In this document: positions 9,369-18,082 of the stretch, piece after piece | Numbering within the stretch: position 1 is the first letter of the stretch | How the letters are laid out: the number at the start of each line of letters is the position of its first letter | Assembly: GCA_964621445.1 (NCBI GenBank) | Contig: CAZUNO010000019.1 | Coordinates: 1 to 41,418, forward strand | DNA: 41,418 nt | Direction: 5' to 3' | Source: Candidatus Hadarchaeota archaeon | GTDB taxonomy: Archaea; CAYQAE01; CAYVLA01 | Translations under genes and position numbers: made by a program | Notes under the pieces: model-generated | What the model was told of the DNA's origin: nothing | The model's input: the letters and a program-made list of their open reading frames with translations, nothing else | Database searches by the model: none

Positions 9369-10063
9369 CTTCCCGAAAACCGTCGCCTGATGTTGGGATC
9401 CCTAGATGCCAGGTTTCGAAGAACCTGTTCGAATGATTCCTCCCGTGAGAGGTTTCTATTGAGATATACCCCGGTACGGCCGATTGAGTCCCTCCTGGAC
9501 AGGACATCGATTCTCTCCTTGACGATTTGCAGCCCAACCCCTATCTTCCTAGCCACGTAGGCCTCCCTGCCGATTACCGCGGATTCCATGTGGCCCTTTT
9601 CGGTGGGTTCTATGAGCATCAATCTCTTGTCCACCCCCGGCGTCCGGATATCCCTCTCGAGCTGCTCCAGATTGAGTGACCCGCCGAAGTCGTAGAACTG
9701 TTCTTCCAGGGAGGTAGGCTTAACCAGAGGAAAAACCACCGAGACATTCTCCTCGATATAGATATGTCCCTTGATGAGGTGCCAGGGAGTGGCCTGCACG
9801 ATTTCCCGGCGCAGAATTCCCAGGTCGAAAAGTCTCATCTCGATGGCATAGGAGGGTACCCGCTGGGTTATGGCAATATCCACGTCACTTTCCTTGTGAA
9901 TATCGCCCCGAGCCAGGCTTCCGTGGACTATGGGTCCATAGGTGGAGAGCTTGGCCATGATCTTCTTAGATTTTGCTCTCTTTTTCTCCAGGAGGGCCCA
10001 ATGTCCCTGGTCGTAGCGTACCTCTTTCCTCTCCGGCCTTGGAACTGTTTTTTCCCTTACCAA
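9365..10063 (-). CDS. archaeal Pol-beta-like nucleotidyltransferase (COG2413-type)
   Basis: VHGSLARGDI..SDVDI motif, PGVDKRL, C-terminal RRD..GRTGV. Confidence 0.85.
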   Translation of the reverse strand: MVREKTVPRPERKEVRYDQGHWALLEKKRAKSKKIMAKLSTYGPIVHGSLARGDIHKESDVDIAITQRVPSYAIEMRLFDLGILRREIVQATPWHLIKGHIYIEENVSVVFPLVKPTSLEEQFYDFGGSLNLEQLERDIRTPGVDKRLMLIEPTEKGHMESAVIGREAYVARKIGVGLQIVKERIDVLSRRDSIGRTGVYLNRNLSREESFEQVLRNLASRDPNIRRRFSGS

Positions 10064-10074
10064 TGGATGACCAT

Positions 10075-10455
10075 CTATTTGGATTTGGGGGGTTTTTTGG
10101 TTGTATCTATGAGCTTGAGCACGTCTTTCCAGGCGGCAAAGAAGCCTTGTTCGTCCTTTGCTGCAAAGGCCATGTTCCTCTTCCCTGAAAACTCCTTACG
10201 GAGCTCCTTTTTCTCCTCCTTAGAGAGGTGTCCCTTTATGCATTTGTATGTTAGAGAATCAACCTCCTGATCAGAGACCACGCTCTTCATACCGGCCAGT
10301 GCCTTTCTATAACCCCTTCCAAAGTCGTTGTCCTTGAGTTTCAATTTTCCCAGTGCAGAGCTTGCCTCCAGGGTATCCTCTTTCATAAGGGCAGCAACGA
10401 ATTCCTTGAGGGCCTTGAGATTTTTCTGACCTGCTGCTATTCTCTTTGGGGCCAT
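10075..10455 (-). CDS. hypothetical basic helical protein
   Basis: ORF co-directional with the nucleotidyltransferase. ATG at 10455 lies about 30 nt from a TTTTAAT box. Confidence 0.65.
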   Translation of the reverse strand: MAPKRIAAGQKNLKALKEFVAALMKEDTLEASSALGKLKLKDNDFGRGYRKALAGMKSVVSDQEVDSLTYKCIKGHLSKEEKKELRKEFSGKRNMAFAAKDEQGFFAAWKDVLKLIDTTKKPPKSK

Positions 10456-10511
10456 GCGACCAGTGCTCTTTAAGAGCGGCGGCAATTAAAAATCTAAGCG
10501 GATTGTATCAC

Positions 10512-11513
10512 ATGAATCTCGGAAAGATCGACCCACGGCACCTGGACCGACTCCTGGATCAGTTACCGGAGTCATCGGAGCGCCTTCTGGTGGGACCTTC
10601 GATCGGGGAGGACACCGCGATATACGACCTCCAAAATATGGAAGAGGACCGACTGGTAATATCCTCCGATCCCATATCAGGTGCCGAGAAGGATATAGGT
10701 AGGTATGCGGTACATGTCAATGCCAATGACGTGGCCACCGCCGGGGCCAGACCCTCCCTCTTTACATGTAATATATTGATGTCCCAGGGTTCCACCGAGC
10801 GGGACCTGGAAAGGGTATATAGCCAGATAAGCGGGGAGTGTGGGAACCTTGGTATAACCATCGTCGGAGGACATACCGAGGTGTCCCCCATCCCCCGCAC
10901 CATAGCCTCGGGAACCATGATGGGCTTTGCCCACCGGAAAAGAATTGCCAGGAGGCCGGTAAGAAGGGGGGATGTCTTATTGCTGACCAAAGGCGCAGGC
11001 ATAGAGGGAACCTCAATCATAGCCAGTGAAATGGAGGAGGAGCTTGGGGATTGCCTGGGGCCGGAAGTGGTGAATAAGGCAAAATCGTACTCGAATAAGA
11101 TCAGTATAGTCGAGGAGGCGATGATGGCGGCGGGTAAAATGGTCAAGAGAATGCATGACCCAACGGAGGGCGGGGTAGTGGGTGGCATACTGGAGTTATG
11201 CACGGCCACCGGAAGCAGGGCCCGGATCTACCGTAACAGGATACCTGTGTCCGAGGAGACGAGGATGATATGCGAGCACTTCGATGTCGATCCCCTGAAG
11301 CTCATAGGATCGGGGAGCCTGCTATGCATACTGGCGCCCGAGGAGGGCCAGAATCTCAGGCGGGAGATCGCTGAAGCTGGGATGGGGGCAGCAATAATCG
11401 GAGAGATCGAATCCGATGAGGAGGCCGGGGCTATAATGGTAAAGGATTCATCGGCCACTGAGATCTCGGAGTTTCCTCCCGACGAGCTATGGAAGGTGGT
11501 CTCGGGTTATTGA
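10512..11513 (+). CDS. AIR synthase-related / HypE-like protein
   Basis: GPSIGEDTA, SSDPISGA, VHVNANDVAT.GA.P, IVGGHTEV, MHDPTEGG. Confidence 0.88.
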   Translation: MNLGKIDPRHLDRLLDQLPESSERLLVGPSIGEDTAIYDLQNMEEDRLVISSDPISGAEKDIGRYAVHVNANDVATAGARPSLFTCNILMSQGSTERDLERVYSQISGECGNLGITIVGGHTEVSPIPRTIASGTMMGFAHRKRIARRPVRRGDVLLLTKGAGIEGTSIIASEMEEELGDCLGPEVVNKAKSYSNKISIVEEAMMAAGKMVKRMHDPTEGGVVGGILELCTATGSRARIYRNRIPVSEETRMICEHFDVDPLKLIGSGSLLCILAPEEGQNLRREIAEAGMGAAIIGEIESDEEAGAIMVKDSSATEISEFPPDELWKVVSGY

Positions 11514-12904
11514 TCCTCGGCGGGGACGGTTTCTATCTCCCCTTTGACAACCTCATCCGCGATATCCAGGGCCTTTTCGTAGAGGTTCTTGTCTATGTAG
11601 CCCTGGCTAACCAGATCGATCAGACTGGTCTCCCTCAGGATCTCCGCCTTTCCACTGGGACGGATTGCGATGTCTATCTCCAGGTCTATGCACCTAACTC
11701 TGCCCGGGTAGAATTCAATGGGGGTGTTGATGTTGACTAGCTGACCCTTTGGCTTGTCATTCTTGGAGAAATAGGAGTTGATGTAGTACCAATCCCCCTC
11801 GTTAACCTCGGTAATGGCGTAATCTCCTTCGTCCATTTCAAGGTCGGGGCTGTCATATCTTCTGGAGGGGGACATCCTCCTCCTGATTATAAGGTGGTCC
11901 TCTTCCAGGTCCTTAACCAGACCCTTGAGGTAGGTGACATGGCCGTTTGACTTCACGTGTTCGAGGGTGTAGAAGTAGGTATCGAGGTTCTTGTAGAAGG
12001 TCTTTCTTAGAGCGGCATCTACCTCATCCTTATCCACCTTGTCCATCAATTCCTCAGCTATATCGACGGCCAGGGAGTAGGATTCTCCGAGGGACTTGTA
12101 TGCATGGTGTTTTTTGGCAGTGTGTGCAACCTTGGATCTCATGTCGTCGAGCTGCTTCCTTGCTTTTCCGCCGAACTCGAAGGCTATGTATTCCTCACCG
12201 GGGTAAAGTGGATTTGAAAGCGACATCTCAACTTCCTCTGCCGCCGTTTTCAGTTCATCCACATCCTCCATTAGGGTCTCCTCCTCGGCGTCCTGCGCAG
12301 ATGTTCTCCAAAGCAGTCCCCAGTCCTCCGGCATCAGCTTCTTTGCCAGGCTAAGTAGTTCCTGACGCCTATCGCCCTTTATTTTCTTGCTAACCTTTGC
12401 CCCGTTGTCGGAGAGAAGGACGGCATATCTACCGGGGAGATTTATCTTCATGTCCAGGACCGGTTTCTTGTCCCCCATGGGAATGGACCGAACCTGAACC
12501 TTGATGTCCTCGTCCTCCCTTATCATCCTTGTGGTGTTTGAGAATGGGAGATATCCGACCCCGTCATCGATATCCACGAAGGCCGCTTTCAGGCGGCCGT
12601 CAACCTTCTGGACCGTCCCCATGTACACGGAGTTGACGTTTATCTCCGAGTCCCTCTTGATGATATCGGTAAACATGTCCATAAGGGTTTCATTGACGGC
12701 GGAAACCCCATCTATCTGACCGGAGGCCACGATTCCGGATCGATCATCGGTGCTGTTTATCTCTACATCCGCCGGAGACAGGTCTCTTTCCATATCGAAA
12801 AGATCGGCCATCGTTTCCGAGGTTTGGCTCAGTTCAAAGTCTCGATCTAAGAATATCTTAGAAAGGGCAGTCGAGTATATACCTCTTATTCTAACGCGTG
12901 TCAA
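11507..12904 (-). CDS. fau-1: FAU-1 RNA-binding ribonuclease (RNase E/G-like + S1 + DUF402)
   Basis: VRIRGIYSTAL N-terminus, S1 region AAFVDI..GYLP, C-terminal NINTPIE..DLEIDI. TTG start. Confidence 0.88.
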   Translation of the reverse strand: MTRVRIRGIYSTALSKIFLDRDFELSQTSETMADLFDMERDLSPADVEINSTDDRSGIVASGQIDGVSAVNETLMDMFTDIIKRDSEINVNSVYMGTVQKVDGRLKAAFVDIDDGVGYLPFSNTTRMIREDEDIKVQVRSIPMGDKKPVLDMKINLPGRYAVLLSDNGAKVSKKIKGDRRQELLSLAKKLMPEDWGLLWRTSAQDAEEETLMEDVDELKTAAEEVEMSLSNPLYPGEEYIAFEFGGKARKQLDDMRSKVAHTAKKHHAYKSLGESYSLAVDIAEELMDKVDKDEVDAALRKTFYKNLDTYFYTLEHVKSNGHVTYLKGLVKDLEEDHLIIRRRMSPSRRYDSPDLEMDEGDYAITEVNEGDWYYINSYFSKNDKPKGQLVNINTPIEFYPGRVRCIDLEIDIAIRPSGKAEILRETSLIDLVSQGYIDKNLYEKALDIADEVVKGEIETVPAEDQ

Positions 12905-12927
12905 TTAATCACAGCCAGTGTGGGGTA

Positions 12928-13053
12928 TGGGGGGGCCGGGATTCTCCGAGGAAACCGTAGTTCCGCTCTTTTGAACCCAGGTCGCCGGCTCCCATTCGGC
13001 GTTGCTAAGCCGGAAGGGTGTCCATGTTATGGACCAAGCTACCCTACCCCCCC
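12928..13053 (-). tRNA. tRNA-Pro(TGG) with three non-canonical introns (22/23: 13018-13028; 33/34: 12995-13006; 59/60: 12942-12969)
   Basis: Spliced: GGGGGGG TA GGGT AGCTTGGTCCA TCCT T CCGGC TT TGG GA GCCGG CGAC CTGGG TTCAAAT CCCGG CCCCCCC A, which follows the archaeal tRNA-Pro pattern. Each junction fits a BHB or BHL motif. Confidence 0.9.
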
Positions 13054-13224
13054 GGGTTCGTTTTTTAAAGAGGCTGCGATGAGGAATATAAAAATCTTAG
13101 CAACTTCCGGGTCAAGGGGATGGTTTAAACGAGAGTTAGGTGGAACGCTCGGGTACTCCAGGGAGCGATTTATCAAAGCTAGAACAACCCTATTGTACGG
13201 ACATCATTAAATCAAGGTGATCAA

Positions 13225-13617
13225 TTGACGCAATATCAAGGAAAATCGAGGAGGAAGTCCACTGGTGGCCGTTTGAAGCGTCACCACAAGAAAAGAAGGT
13301 TTGAGCTGGGCAGGGTCCCTGCGGAGACCGAGATTAGTACCAGGAAATCGATCATGGTCAGGACTCTTGGTTCAAATAACAAGGTAAGGCTTCTTTCAAC
13401 CGAGGATGCAAACCTGGTTGACCCTGATGGCTCCAACACCCAGGTTTCGAAGATACTAGATGTGATCAAGAACCCAGCTAGTAGGGACTTCACGCGGAGA
13501 AACGTGATTACCAAGGGAGCGATCATCGAAACCGAGGCGGGAAGGGCAAAAGTGACATCGAGGCCGGGCCAGGACGGCGTGGTAAATGCGGTTAGAATAG
13601 AGGAATCGGAGGATTAG
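13225..13617 (+). CDS. rps8e: 30S ribosomal protein S8e
   Basis: QGKSRRKSTGG..KKRRFELG, NPASRDFTRRNVITKGAIIET, VTSRPGQDGVVNAV. AGGTGA RBS and TTG start. Confidence 0.97.
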   Translation: MTQYQGKSRRKSTGGRLKRHHKKRRFELGRVPAETEISTRKSIMVRTLGSNNKVRLLSTEDANLVDPDGSNTQVSKILDVIKNPASRDFTRRNVITKGAIIETEAGRAKVTSRPGQDGVVNAVRIEESED

Positions 13618-14513
13618 GGTCCTATTCCCAGGTCCTTTATCGTAAGCAGCGGCTCGAGAGATATGCCGAATTCCTTCCTTATGTTATCCTGAGCACCCTC
13701 CAGCCTATCCACCACACATGTGACCTGGGAGGCATTTCCTCCCATCTCCTCCACGGCCTGAATTGCCTTAATCAGGGATCCTCCAGAGGTCGCAACGTCA
13801 TCGATAACTAGGGTATGGGCCTCACTGGGAATCGATCCCTCGATTTCTCTCCGGGTCCCGTGGGTTCTATCTCTTTTTCGGATCATCGCGTAAGGTATAC
13901 CGTTTTCCAGGGCCACGGAGACTACTATTGGAATGGCACCCAGTTCAGGTCCCGCCACGCAGTCAACCTGGTCCCCGAAATAAATAGAGATCAATCTGGA
14001 TATCAGCCTCAGGTATTTGGGATTGCTGGTAATGGTCTTGACATCAAGGTAGTAGGAGCTCTTCTTGCCCGAGGTAAGGGGGAACTCGCCCAGGGAGAGC
14101 GCCTCATTCCTTATCGCCCCGGCCAGTTCCTCCTTCATCTCCCGGATATCGACCCGTTTGTAGGTGTCAAAGCAGGATCGCAATCCGGTATGACATGCCG
14201 GTCCGGCGGGTTCGACGTCCAGCAGGATGGCATCACCATCGCAGTCTATCCGGAAACCCCTGAGTCTCTGTGTATTGCCGCTTGTCTTGCCCTTGGTCCA
14301 GAGCTCTTCCCGGCTGGTACTCCAATATGTTGTCTGGCCGGTGGTGAGTGTTTGAATAACCGCCTCCTGGTTCATGAAGGCCTGCATTAGGGGTTCCCCG
14401 GTGATCCAGTCCCTGGCCACGGCCACTATTAGGTTGACACCGTCGAGTTTCCTCTGGAAATCCAACTTTTCAAGGATTTTGTTGGCCTCGCTCGTCGGAA
14501 GCTTCATGGTCAT
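13614..14513 (-). CDS. hisI-pyrE: fusion of phosphoribosyl-AMP cyclohydrolase (HisI) and orotate phosphoribosyltransferase (PyrE)
   Basis: HisI: LMQAFMN, YWSTSR.ELW.KG.TSGN.Q, DCDGD, ACHTG..SCF. PyrE: GEF.LTSGKKSSYY.D, GPELGAIP, IRK..R.HGT, VIDDVATSGGS, VVDR.EG. Start set at ATG 14513, about 22 nt after AAAACCCTTAAG. Confidence 0.9.
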   Translation of the reverse strand: MTMKLPTSEANKILEKLDFQRKLDGVNLIVAVARDWITGEPLMQAFMNQEAVIQTLTTGQTTYWSTSREELWTKGKTSGNTQRLRGFRIDCDGDAILLDVEPAGPACHTGLRSCFDTYKRVDIREMKEELAGAIRNEALSLGEFPLTSGKKSSYYLDVKTITSNPKYLRLISRLISIYFGDQVDCVAGPELGAIPIVVSVALENGIPYAMIRKRDRTHGTRREIEGSIPSEAHTLVIDDVATSGGSLIKAIQAVEEMGGNASQVTCVVDRLEGAQDNIRKEFGISLEPLLTIKDLGIGP

Positions 14514-14656
14514 ATTCTGGGGATGGAACGTCTTAAGGGTTTTGGCGTGAGTTTCTTTGTGAAGAGCTCCCTTAAAGGTGGGTTGCATACCTTTTTCATG
14601 GGCAGAGGGGCTAGAAATTTTCTCCACTTAAGGGAGAATTTTCAGGATCGCTTGAG

Positions 14657-15817
14657 TTGATCGAGCTGATTGATAGAAGAAGATTCTGGCTTTATGGAGC
14701 AGGTCGTTTTGTCTCTCTGACGGGAACCGGAATTCAGGATGTTGCAATACCCCTCTTCATCCTCGATCACCGGCTCAGCGGCAGCTATGGGGATCTTCCT
14801 AATCATATCCCTGGTTCCCAGGCTTTTCCTGTACCCGGTCGCCGGGGTGATAGGTGACCGTCTGAATAGAAAGCAGATAATGATATGGACGGACTTTGTT
14901 TGGACCTTCCACGGCGGCGATGCTCGCAGAACTGATTGAGCCAAGGGAGCTGACCAGGGCAAACTCGGTAATGTGAAGCGTGAACAGCACCTCCAGGATA
15001 ATCGGCCCCGCGCTTGGAGGGTTGATCTATGGTTTTGGAGGCATCATGGATGCCCTGATTATTAACGAGGTGTCCTTTATCTCCTCGCCCCTGAGCGAAA
15101 TCTTCATTCGTTACAGCCAGAAACCCGGACAATTAGGGGATCTAAGGGAAGTAATATTTTCCATGCAGGAGGGTCTTAATTTTTTCAGGTCAAGCCGGGG
15201 CCTGTTCATACTGGTGATATTCGCCCTCCTCTCTAACTTCTTCATGTCTACCTTCCCTACACCATGAGAATCGAGGTGGCTTTCTCGGCCCGGGAGTTTG
15301 GCCTGGTTGAGGCCTCCTTCATGGGAGGTATCCTTCTGGGGAATCTTGCCATAGGCGCCTTTTTCTCCAGATCCAAGATACAGAAAAATGCTTAACGGTG
15401 GCCTGCTGGTGCAAACAGTTCTAATTTTTTTCACTGGTGGTTGTGATACCTCCCCAGTTCCTGGCCAGAATGGGATATGCAAGCAGGATGACCTTCGGCC
15501 TGTTCCTAGCAATATTCACTGGTTTTGGATTCTTCAACGCGTTTATCAATACCCCTATCAATGGAGGAATACAGAGATTGGCACCGACCAGCTATAGAGC
15601 CAGGGTTTTTTCAGTAGTACAGCTCTCTACCCAGGGTATTATGCCTCTTGGTTATGGTTTGATGGGAATTTTGCTGGATATATACCCAGCATACATCATC
15701 GCCCTGGGGGTTGCGGTGGTAAATTCAGCGATCGTGCTCTCATTTGTGGCGAGATATTCCCGGATTGTGACACTGGATCTCAGCGAGAAATCGCCATCGA
15801 CCCAGGGGGCTGATTGA
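14657..15817 (+). pseudogene. MFS transporter (DHA3/MefA-like), decayed
   Basis: Fragments in alternating frames: GRFVSLTGTGIQDVAIPLFILD, AGVIGDRLNRKQIMIWTD, FGPSTAAML..RANSVM*, IIGPALGG, YRARVFS. At least four frameshifts, an in-frame stop and an internal deletion. Confidence 0.88.
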
Positions 15818-15818
15818 G

Positions 15819-16790
15819 GTGACCCCAGATCTACCTTCTAGATTGCGAAGGAAGAGATACTGGGTATTGGTTCTTTTCCTCTTTTTACTACTAGTCGGTC
15901 CTTACCTGGTACCACTTCCCAAGATCCAGGAGACATCGGACCCCAGGGAACTCAGATTCAGGTCCAGCAAGTTCGAGGAGATCATGGATCTTGAGGTCCA
16001 TTATATAATGGAGGGGGAGAAGGGAAGGGGCCTGATTTTGCTACATGGCTTTGGGGCAAGCGTATTTTCGTGGCGGGAGGTGATGGAGCCCCTATCTCTT
16101 AATTATGCGGTGTTGGCCTATGACAGACCGGCATTTGGGTTAACCGAACGGCCACCGAGGGAGGAGTGGAGTGATGAGAATCCCTACTCCGGGGAGTTCC
16201 AGGTGGACCTGCTAATGTCCTTGATGGAGGAGATGGATGTGAATAACCCGGTTTTAATCGCCCACTCGGCCGGTGCAGCGGTAGCCGTATCTGCAATTCT
16301 GGACCATCCAAATGAGTTCTCCGGTCTAGTGCTTGTAGATCCGGCCCTGGATTCCCATGGAGGTTTGCTCAGGTCCCTGAAGTGGGTGCCCCAGGTCAGG
16401 AGGTTGACCCGGTTATTGGTAAGATCAATTCCCTCGTGGGGGAGTCAAATGCTAGATGATTCCTGGTATAATAGTTCAAAAATTACCGATGAGGTTATGG
16501 ATGGCTACCAGAGGCCATTGAGGGCCCACAACTGGGATGGGGCCCTAACCGAGTTCGTGCTTGCCAAGCCGATATCCGGGCTGAGAGAAGAATTAGGGGA
16601 AATCGAAATACCCGTTTTGCTGATAACCGGAGAAGACGATAACCTGGTGCCTATGGAGGATACATTGGACCTTGCGGAAGAGTTTGGCAATGTGGAGGTC
16701 TTCGTAGTTCCCAATTGTGGTCATCTCCCCCACGAGGAGAGACCGGAGATATTTCTACAGGAGGTATTTGATTTTCTCCGTGCGTTATGA
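15819..16790 (+). CDS. membrane-anchored alpha/beta hydrolase
   Basis: N-terminal TM, LLHGFGAS, YDRPAFG, nucleophile AHSAG, GEDD, CGHLPHEE. Confidence 0.9.
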   Translation: MTPDLPSRLRRKRYWVLVLFLFLLLVGPYLVPLPKIQETSDPRELRFRSSKFEEIMDLEVHYIMEGEKGRGLILLHGFGASVFSWREVMEPLSLNYAVLAYDRPAFGLTERPPREEWSDENPYSGEFQVDLLMSLMEEMDVNNPVLIAHSAGAAVAVSAILDHPNEFSGLVLVDPALDSHGGLLRSLKWVPQVRRLTRLLVRSIPSWGSQMLDDSWYNSSKITDEVMDGYQRPLRAHNWDGALTEFVLAKPISGLREELGEIEIPVLLITGEDDNLVPMEDTLDLAEEFGNVEVFVVPNCGHLPHEERPEIFLQEVFDFLRAL

Positions 16791-16827
16791 ATTCAATTGT
16801 ACGCTCAAGATGATCGCCGGAGGTTCT

Positions 16828-16843
16828 GGGAAAGATTTAAATC
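16828..16843 (+). promoter_or_regulatory. BRE-TATA promoter of tRNA-Phe
   Basis: GGGAAAGATTTAAATC about 25-30 nt upstream of the tRNA. Confidence 0.7.
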
Positions 16844-16866
16844 GATTTCAGACCCCCCAGGGCCAA

Positions 16867-16957
16867 GCCGAGGTAGCTCAGGCTTGGGAGAGCGCCGGAC
16901 TGAAGATTTTTCCAATCGGACATCCGGGTGTCGCGAGTTCGAGTCTCGCCCTCGGCA
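16867..16957 (+). tRNA. tRNA-Phe(GAA) with canonical 37/38 intron (16906-16921, 16 nt)
   Basis: GCCGAGG TA GCTC AGGCTTGGGA GAGC G CCGGA CTGAAG[ATTTTTCCAATCGGAC]A TCCGG GTGTC GCGAG TTCGAGT CTCGC CCTCGGC A. Central helix CTGA/TCGG. Confidence 0.95.
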
Positions 16958-17092
16958 CTTTTCTCGGCAACATCAATGTTGAGGGGTATTCCTAGACCGA
17001 TGGTTATTCAAATTGTGGATTAAGGACAGGGTTTTATCCCTCCTGGGATAGGCTTTGAAATCATCTTGAAATGCGGTCATGGCGCATTACCC

Positions 17093-17962
17093 CTAGTTCC
17101 GGATATTCTTCATGGACCTCAGAACGCAGAAATCCTCCACATCCCACGTCCTGGGCTCAGAACAGCCGCATACCTGGAGCATGTTTCTCCACTCGTCCTT
17201 GGTTAGGGCAAGAAAGCAGTGAAATCCATGTGTGAAGTATCCTTTCAATCCCACCAGGAAGTCGGATGCCAGAAGAATGCCTCCCTCCTTAAGCAAACGA
17301 CACATTGCGCAGGTCGAGGACTGCTGGTCCTGCATGCAGTGCATGGCCTGACTGGAGACCACGTAGTCAAATTTGTGGTCCTGGGGTAAGCTCTCCACGG
17401 AGTTAACCTGAAAATCGAGATTAGGGATGTCCTGGGATTTCTCCCTGGCATTGCTGATGCAGTTCCTTGAGTACTCGAACTTTCCGCTATCTATCCCTAG
17501 CACATCGAATCCGACCCGTGCTAGCTTGAAGGCCAGATAACCTTCACCGGTTCCTACGTCTAGAACCCTGAGTGTGCCATTCCTTTCCTTCGCGTCCTCG
17601 ATTATCAGGGATACCAATTTTGAGGATGCCTGGTCCTTGAAATCATTGTTTTTCTCCCTTATGGGTGCGAATCCTTCGAGAAGTCGATGTGCCTTGCTGG
17701 TCAGCTTTAGCCGATCTCCATCACCGCCTCGGGTTATGAGAGATTTCTCGTCAAGTAATCTTACGGCCTTCTGGAGATCCTGCCGCGAGATGTGAAGTCT
17801 GCCCCCCGGCCTGTATTTCTCGTTGTCTTTGCTTTCCTCCTCTATGGTTTTGATGATTTCTTCTTCCCCGCACTCCTTCTGGGCCAATATTTGCATCATA
17901 TAGTAGTGGAGGAAATCCCTTACACCATCGCCTGATTTGATTCTTCCTGAGGACAAATTCAT
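17093..17962 (-). CDS. PadR-like winged-helix domain fused to a class I SAM methyltransferase
   Basis: N-terminus YYMMQIL...G.EIIK.IEE...LDEKSLI..LKLTSK. C-terminus VLDVGTGEG, FDYVVS, LLKEGG. Confidence 0.8.
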   Translation of the reverse strand: MNLSSGRIKSGDGVRDFLHYYMMQILAQKECGEEEIIKTIEEESKDNEKYRPGGRLHISRQDLQKAVRLLDEKSLITRGGDGDRLKLTSKAHRLLEGFAPIREKNNDFKDQASSKLVSLIIEDAKERNGTLRVLDVGTGEGYLAFKLARVGFDVLGIDSGKFEYSRNCISNAREKSQDIPNLDFQVNSVESLPQDHKFDYVVSSQAMHCMQDQQSSTCAMCRLLKEGGILLASDFLVGLKGYFTHGFHCFLALTKDEWRNMLQVCGCSEPRTWDVEDFCVLRSMKNIRN

Positions 17963-18082
17963 GACTAAACCTGACGGTAATTATTAGACGCGCAAGTATA
18001 AATTTTGTTTGGCGGTATCGAGATACCAGGGATACTTGCCTTTGCTGTACCAGCCAGGTCCTTAAAGGGATATGAGGAACCT

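Noticed and set aside
9365-10455. MNT-HEPN toxin-antitoxin pair
   Set aside because: The nucleotidyltransferase is the longer conserved COG2413 type, and the neighbour has no Rx4-6H HEPN motif.
12905-13224. SRP (7S) RNA expected near rps8e, and ORF 12920-13210
   Set aside because: The structured GC-rich sequence is fully explained by the three-intron tRNA-Pro on the minus strand. No SRP helix-8 motif was seen, and the ORF is a shadow.
14514-14627. N-terminal extension of HisI-PyrE in the ORF track
   Set aside because: It covers the BRE-TATA (AAAACCCTTAAG) and has no homology signal. ATG 14513 fits a leaderless start.
16951-16969. CTCGGCA repeated just after the tRNA-Phe 3' end as an att scar
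   Set aside because: Only 7 bp, with no integrase or island next to it.
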